A stretch of 64,000 bases of DNA from an uncultured bacterium (GTDB lineage Bacteria; Actinomycetota; Acidimicrobiia; Spongiisociales; UBA5794). The stretch lies in the NCBI GenBank assembly GCA_963801165.1, contig CAWDDT010000004.1:1-64000 (forward strand). Reading direction: 5' to 3'. Each line of letters starts with the position of its first letter. Within the stretch, counting starts at the first letter, position 1. This document shows positions 58,865-64,000 of the stretch, one piece after another. The notes under the pieces are model-generated. The model saw only the letters and a program-made list of their open reading frames with translations. It did not search any database and was not told the origin of the DNA. The position numbers were made by a program, and so were the translations under genes.

Positions 58865-61495
58865 ATGCTCACTGAATCACGAGGGAGGAACCGGGTGGGC
58901 TCGTTTTCCCGACGCGGGGCGCAAATCATCGGAACAGCTGCAGTCGTCGTCCTGATCATGGGTGGGACAACGGCCGGAGCCGTTGAGCCCGGCGGTGCCG
59001 TCGCCGCCGCTAGGGGCATCGAAGCCCCGAACCTGACCAGCGACACCCGATTCGAGGTAGCCCCGGCTTCGAGCTTTGATGAGCTCGACGCGGTCGCCGT
59101 CGCCGACGGCTCGGTGCGGGTCATCGTCACTCTGCGCACACGGTGGGTGCCCGGGCAGCTGCTCGGTGGGTTCGATCGGGCGGCCCAGGCCAGCACGATC
59201 CACGATCTCCAGCAGCATGTCATCGACCGGTTGCAGGATCACAGCAGCCGGGTGACGCATCGCTACGACTACCTCCCGGCATTGGCCATGGAGCTCGACC
59301 GCGGTGGCTTGGCCGAGCTGCGTGCGTCGGGTCTCGCCGCCCGGGTACAGCTCGATGAGGTCGACCGGGTAGAGCTGAGCGAGTCGGTACCGCTCGTCAA
59401 CGCCGATGACGTCTGGGCGCTGGGCTACGACGGCGACGGTGAGTCGGTGGCGGTTCTCGACACCGGTGTTGATCGAACCCACACGTTTCTGTCGGGCCGG
59501 GTGGTCGGGGAGGCGTGCTTCAGTGCGTACGGCGACTGTCCCAACGGTATGACCGAGCAGCACGGCACGGGTGCCGCAGCCCCATGCGACTACCACGCGG
59601 CTTGTGAGCATGGGACACACGTCGCCGGGATTGCCGCGGGCGACGATCGGCCGACCCTCGCCGGGGTTGCCCCGGGGGCAGACGTGGTCGCCGTCCAGGT
59701 GTTCTCCAACTACCTGGGCGCACCCGCGTCGTTCACCTCAGATCAGCTGAAGGCACTCGAGTACGTCTACTCGGTGCGCGATACCTACAGCATCGCCTCG
59801 GTGAACATGAGCCTCGGCGGCGACCCGACCCACAAGCACGCCTGCGACGACGACGTCCGCAAACTGGCCATCGACAACCTGCTCGGTGCCGGGATCGTCA
59901 CCGTCATCGCCGCCGGGAACGACGGTCAGGACGACTACGTCAGCGCACCGGGGTGTATCTCGACGGCGGTCACCGTCGCCAGCAGCACCAAGAGCGACAT
60001 ACTCTCCGATTTCTCAAACGCAGGCCCGATGGTCGACGTTATCGCCCCGGGATCGTCTATTTACTCCTCCATTCCCGGTGGCTGGGCCACCTACAGCGGG
60101 ACGTCGATGGCGACGCCGCACGTTGCCGGGGCATGGGCCTTGCTCAAACAGGCCTACCCGGATGCCGCGGTCGACGACATCCTCGCCGCCATGAAGTACT
60201 CGCCTGTCACCGTTTCGGCCGCGGGGCGCGACCTGCCGCGGCTCGACGTCGCAGATGCGCTCACCCGACTCGCCGATCCGTGGCCTGCGAATGACCCGTA
60301 CGCAGATGCGATCACATTGACGTCACCGGTGACGCTGGCCGCTGCGACAGGACGGGCGACGACCGAGTCATGGGAACCGGTGGTGTGCGCGGACCCCGGC
60401 AGCGAGACCGTCACAGATATCGGAGCCACCATCTGGTACCGGCTGGACCCGGCGTATCACACCGAGGTGACCATCGATACCGCCGGGAGCGACTTCGATA
60501 CCACGCTGGGCCTGTATCAGGGCTCGAGCCTCGACACCCTGACGCCGGTCGCATGCGGCGACGACTTCGGAGTCGACCTCCAGGCCAGACTCGTCGCCGC
60601 GGTGGTCGGAGATGCCACATACTGGCTCCAGGTGGGGGGGTATCTCGGCGATACCGGCAACCTCGCCCTCAACATCTCCGACAGCGGTGACATCTCGGAT
60701 CCCCCGACCTGGCCGAGCACCGCGCTCACCGCGACGAACGTTCTGAAGAATGCGATCACCGTGTCGTGGCCGGCGGCATCAGATGACGATGCTGTGACCG
60801 GTTACCGGGTGTATCTGGACGGAACCCTGAAGACGACGACGACCTCGAGAACGTACACCGTGCAGGGTCTCCAGTCGAACCACTCGTACCATTTCGAGAT
60901 CGAGGCGGTCGATCCGGGCGGCCACCACACGGTTGGCCCCACCGGGACCGTCACAACGGCCCGCGATTTCATCGATACCGATGGCCTGGTCTTCGAGGAG
61001 GACATCGAGTGGTTGTCCGGTGCGGGGATAACCCAGGGCTGTAATCCGCCGGCGAACGACATGTTCTGCCCGAACGGCAATGTGACTCGTGGTCAGATGG
61101 CGGCGTTTCTGGTGCGGGCGTTGGGGTTGACGGATCGGGGGTCTGTCGATTTTGTTGATGATGACGGATCGCTTTTCGAGGCGAGCATCGAGATGCTGGC
61201 TACGGCGGGGATCACCAAAGGTTGTAATCCGCCGGTGAACGACATGTTCTGCCCGAACGGCAATGTGACTCGTGGTCAGATGGCGGCGTTTCTGGTGCGG
61301 GCGTTGGGGTTGACGGATCGGGGGTCTGTCGATTTTGTTGATGATGACGGATCGCTTTTCGAGGCGAGCATCGAGATGCTGGCTACGGCGGGGATCACCA
61401 AAGGTTGTAATCCGCCGGTGAACGACATGTTCTGCCCGAACGGCAATGTGACTCGTGGTCAGATGGCGGCGTTCCTGCGGCGAGCTCTCGGGTGA
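58865..61495 (+). CDS. S8 subtilase with an FN3 domain and three C-terminal SLH-like repeats
   Basis: VAVLDTG, HGTHVAG, AAGN, GTSMATPHVAG catalytic motifs; SWPAASDD..VTGYRVY FN3; SLH cassette. Confidence 0.93.
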   Translation: MLTESRGRNRVGSFSRRGAQIIGTAAVVVLIMGGTTAGAVEPGGAVAAARGIEAPNLTSDTRFEVAPASSFDELDAVAVADGSVRVIVTLRTRWVPGQLLGGFDRAAQASTIHDLQQHVIDRLQDHSSRVTHRYDYLPALAMELDRGGLAELRASGLAARVQLDEVDRVELSESVPLVNADDVWALGYDGDGESVAVLDTGVDRTHTFLSGRVVGEACFSAYGDCPNGMTEQHGTGAAAPCDYHAACEHGTHVAGIAAGDDRPTLAGVAPGADVVAVQVFSNYLGAPASFTSDQLKALEYVYSVRDTYSIASVNMSLGGDPTHKHACDDDVRKLAIDNLLGAGIVTVIAAGNDGQDDYVSAPGCISTAVTVASSTKSDILSDFSNAGPMVDVIAPGSSIYSSIPGGWATYSGTSMATPHVAGAWALLKQAYPDAAVDDILAAMKYSPVTVSAAGRDLPRLDVADALTRLADPWPANDPYADAITLTSPVTLAAATGRATTESWEPVVCADPGSETVTDIGATIWYRLDPAYHTEVTIDTAGSDFDTTLGLYQGSSLDTLTPVACGDDFGVDLQARLVAAVVGDATYWLQVGGYLGDTGNLALNISDSGDISDPPTWPSTALTATNVLKNAITVSWPAASDDDAVTGYRVYLDGTLKTTTTSRTYTVQGLQSNHSYHFEIEAVDPGGHHTVGPTGTVTTARDFIDTDGLVFEEDIEWLSGAGITQGCNPPANDMFCPNGNVTRGQMAAFLVRALGLTDRGSVDFVDDDGSLFEASIEMLATAGITKGCNPPVNDMFCPNGNVTRGQMAAFLVRALGLTDRGSVDFVDDDGSLFEASIEMLATAGITKGCNPPVNDMFCPNGNVTRGQMAAFLRRALG
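61054..61473 (+). repeat. Exact 183-bp tandem repeat (~2.3 copies) encoding the SLH modules
   Basis: tgtgactcgtggtcagatggcggcgtt recurs at 61081, 61264 and 61447, with identical intervening sequence. Confidence 0.92.
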
Positions 61496-61502
61496 GCCCG
61501 TC

Positions 61503-62219
61503 TCAGTGTGCCCGGTCGAAAACGACTACATCCGAGATGCGGGGATGGATGCTGAGGCGGTGCCGGAGCGCCGTGGCGCTGCCGCGCTCGGCCGGACCGA
61601 CCTTGGTGATGGCTACAACAACCCGGGCCGTGTCGGGGCAGGCGCGGAGGATGCCGTTCGGGTGGGTGAGGATGTGGGCGCAGTCGGCCGCGGTCAGCAC
61701 GTGGTGGGGCAGGAGCCCGGTGAAAGCAATCGCCTGCTCGATACGATGGGCTACGTCGGCAAGCGGTTTGCCGACGGCATCGACACCGATCAGGATGACG
61801 ACTGTGGTGGTTGCCGGGGGAACCACCGGTTCATGGTCCGCAGGCGCCTTGAGCGGTCGTCCCCGCGAGCCGTCAGCTTCGACGATTATGTAGTCGGCCC
61901 CGGATTCGGCGAATACCCGGTCGACGACGTCCGGCGGCGGGCCCGTGACCTTATGGCCGGCACCCTCGTCGAGAAGCATGACCGGGCCCGGCTGATCGAG
62001 TGCGTCCACGACGCAGTCGATGTCTGACGACCAGCAGATGGTCGGGGCCATCGTTGCCTGGGTGCGTCCCATCTTGGTCGTGGTGGTCAGGATGACCCTT
62101 TTGCCTTCGCCGGCGAGCTCGGTGCCGAGGGCAAATAGAAGGGTCGATTTGCCACCTCCACCAACCAGCGCCACCAGCTCCCGGTCGCCCAGCCCGAGCC
62201 GCTCGCGGTAGGAGATCAC
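61503..62219 (-). CDS. yqeC: Selenium cofactor biosynthesis protein YqeC
   Basis: VALVGGGGKST, VILTTTTKM, VEADGSRGRPLKAPADHEPVVP, IGVDAVGKPL. GTG overlaps the yqeB stop. Confidence 0.9.
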   Translation of the reverse strand: MISYRERLGLGDRELVALVGGGGKSTLLFALGTELAGEGKRVILTTTTKMGRTQATMAPTICWSSDIDCVVDALDQPGPVMLLDEGAGHKVTGPPPDVVDRVFAESGADYIIVEADGSRGRPLKAPADHEPVVPPATTTVVILIGVDAVGKPLADVAHRIEQAIAFTGLLPHHVLTAADCAHILTHPNGILRACPDTARVVVAITKVGPAERGSATALRHRLSIHPRISDVVVFDRAH

Positions 62220-63019
62220 CTGCGGTTGTCGAGCCACGTGAGCACAGCCTCGACGACACCGCCACCGATCGAAAGTGCTTCGTCGGAGATCTCGAAGCAG
62301 GCGCGGGTGTCTGCGTGCGGATCGACTTCGGCGATCTTCCAGTTCCACTCGACCTCGTACCCTGCGGGAAGCTGCCCCCGCACCACCCCGCCGATGCGCG
62401 AGCGAACCGGGACGCCGTTGATGTCGCCGAGTACGTCGCCGACCGCTACGAGGTCACCAATGGCGACTTTCCATTCGAGCACTCCGAAAGTCGGTGCGCG
62501 GATGATTCGCTCGGAGGGTTTGCCACCTGGCCAACCGGGCTCGCCCGGCGTCGCCGTGGGGGACCCGTCCCATATGACCCTTCCCAGGAAGTGGCCGCGC
62601 ATTGTCTCGATGACCGCGTGACAGTCGATACCGGCGGTGAACCCGGGTCCGAGACCGAGAACGAGGGGAGCGTCGGCGATCGTGGTGTCGATGTTCGCTT
62701 TGGCATGGCGAGCGTCGACGACGACCGACGGTTCCCACGGAAGCTGGATGAGTGTCGGGCTGACCAAGACCGGAACGGCACCGGAGCGAGCAACCTCGAG
62801 AGCCTCATCGACATCCTGGATGTAGATGGCGTCGAGGTCCTCGATCAGGGCGCGGCCATCGACGATCGCGGCCGCCACGGCTACGCTACGCCGGATCGCC
62901 AGCGGCTGGTCCAGCTCGAACACAACAACGGGAAAACCCGCCCGGCGCAGCCGGTATATGGCACCGGTCGCAAGATCGCCCCCTCCACGAAACACGACGA
63001 GATGGTCGCCGAACAACAT
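62216..63019 (-). CDS. yqeB: Selenium-dependent molybdenum cofactor biosynthesis protein YqeB (stand-alone form)
   Basis: RGGGDLATG, PLAIRRSVA, GLGPGFTAGIDCHAVIETMRGHFLGRV, ERIIRAP, IGGGVVEA. Confidence 0.9.
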   Translation of the reverse strand: MLFGDHLVVFRGGGDLATGAIYRLRRAGFPVVVFELDQPLAIRRSVAVAAAIVDGRALIEDLDAIYIQDVDEALEVARSGAVPVLVSPTLIQLPWEPSVVVDARHAKANIDTTIADAPLVLGLGPGFTAGIDCHAVIETMRGHFLGRVIWDGSPTATPGEPGWPGGKPSERIIRAPTFGVLEWKVAIGDLVAVGDVLGDINGVPVRSRIGGVVRGQLPAGYEVEWNWKIAEVDPHADTRACFEISDEALSIGGGVVEAVLTWLDNRR

Positions 63020-63195
63020 CAGTGCTCCTCTCCAACGCCGGGACGTTACGGGTGGGCGCACCGTTCGAGTCCGTCTCGCCATCGCCGCTGTCCGAGGCGG
63101 TCACGAAGGATAGTTGCCGCAGACGCGGCCATCCCGTTTCTGTGCCGAGCTTGTGGGCAAGGGTATGGTGCGGCAGTCGGGAAGCGAGATGAGGT

Positions 63196-63807
63196 GTGAC
63201 GGACGTGGGCGACGTCGGGGGCATGGTGCTGGCGGCAGGGCTCTCGGAGCGGATGGACGGCCCGTTGCCCAAGCAGCTACTCCCGTTGGGGGCGCGCACG
63301 ATTGCGGAACAAACCGTCCGGAACGTCGAGGCGTCACGGCTAGATCGAGTCGTTGTAGTCACGGGGTATCGGGCGGAGGAGGTTGCGGCCAGCGTCGCCG
63401 GCGGTCGCGCCCTGGTAGTCGAGAATCCGGACTACCGGTCGGGCAACCTCTCATCCTTCCGGGCCGGCGCCGCGGAGCTCGAGGATTGCGAGGCGGTTGT
63501 GGTCACGTTGGCAGACATGCCGGGGGTGACAACGGAGATGATCGATCGGCTTGTCCAGGAATGGCACCGGCACCACCCGTGGGCGGCCTGGTCCTCGTAT
63601 CACGACGGCCCCGCACACCCGCTGCTGTTCTCGGCACGAGCACTCCGGGAGGCCGCGGCGACAGAAGGGGCCAAAGGGGTTTGGCGGTTCCTCGAGTCGG
63701 CACCCGCCGGTGCGGTCTTGCCGGTTGCCTTTGCGATGGACGCGCCCTCCGACCTCAACACGAGGTCCGAATACGAGCGCATGTTCCGCGATCAAGCGCC
63801 TTCCTGA
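63196..63807 (+). CDS. mocA: MocA/YgfJ-like molybdenum cofactor cytidylyltransferase
   Basis: VLAAGLSERM, KQLLP, VVVTG, ENPDY..G..SS, LADMP, HPLLF, DLNT. Confidence 0.8.
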   Translation: MTDVGDVGGMVLAAGLSERMDGPLPKQLLPLGARTIAEQTVRNVEASRLDRVVVVTGYRAEEVAASVAGGRALVVENPDYRSGNLSSFRAGAAELEDCEAVVVTLADMPGVTTEMIDRLVQEWHRHHPWAAWSSYHDGPAHPLLFSARALREAAATEGAKGVWRFLESAPAGAVLPVAFAMDAPSDLNTRSEYERMFRDQAPS

Positions 63808-64000
63808 GTAAGCCAGCGTCTTATCTCATCACCGTGCTCGTCCAGACCCGGTGGTGGCAGCGGCGATGTCGCCGGGGAACCGTCGAGGCGGATCGGGGAC
63901 CTGACGGCTCGACCCCCGACTGCGGGGTACTCGACGGTCGGGTCCAGTCCCGCGTCGGTCGCCCAGATGAACGCCTCGTCGATCCTGTTGATCGGGCCCG
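63792..64000 (-). CDS. C-terminus of a CaiB/BaiF (family III) CoA-transferase, 5'-truncated by the window edge
   Basis: Manual translation: GPINRIDEAF...SPIRLDG...PPPGLDEHGDEIRRWL...*. Confidence 0.75.
   Translation of the reverse strand, partial: GPINRIDEAFIWATDAGLDPTVEYPAVGGRAVRSPIRLDGSPATSPLPPPGLDEHGDEIRRWLTQEGA

Overview
High-GC (~65-70% by eye), gene-dense bacterial chromosome segment, very probably Actinomycetota and likely class Acidimicrobiia. The taxonomic clues are TCGAAC-N4-GTTCGA SOS boxes, many apparently leaderless genes, a DUF222-HNH gene, CtaF- and MhuD-like genes and Cys-loop SLH repeats. About 60 CDS; I recognised no rRNA, tRNA, CRISPR array or IS element. The main hidden signal is a selenium-utilisation neighbourhood that the ORF track breaks apart. 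(1) A BCP/PrxQ peroxiredoxin (4549-5001) has an in-frame UGA at its peroxidatic position and contains no Cys at all. (2) A formate dehydrogenase catalytic subunit (41092-42963) has UGA at the Mo/W-ligand position, followed by an E. coli fdhF-like SECIS. Its Fe-S N-terminal part, a NuoEF-like flavoprotein (possible AUA start) and FdhD are encoded divergently on the other strand. (3) An xdh-ssnA-ygfK operon and yqeB/yqeC/mocA-type genes mark the labile-selenium molybdenum hydroxylase trait and anaerobic purine/urate degradation. Other elements the track misses: a two-hairpin RNA with CCUCCC loops at the 3' end of hsp20, a 51-aa charged 11-mer-repeat protein, a 34-aa membrane protein, a WYL operator embedded in a PafBC-type promoter, several paired operators, and homogenised SLH anchor cassettes. 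All functional calls come from motif recognition by eye; no database searches were run.
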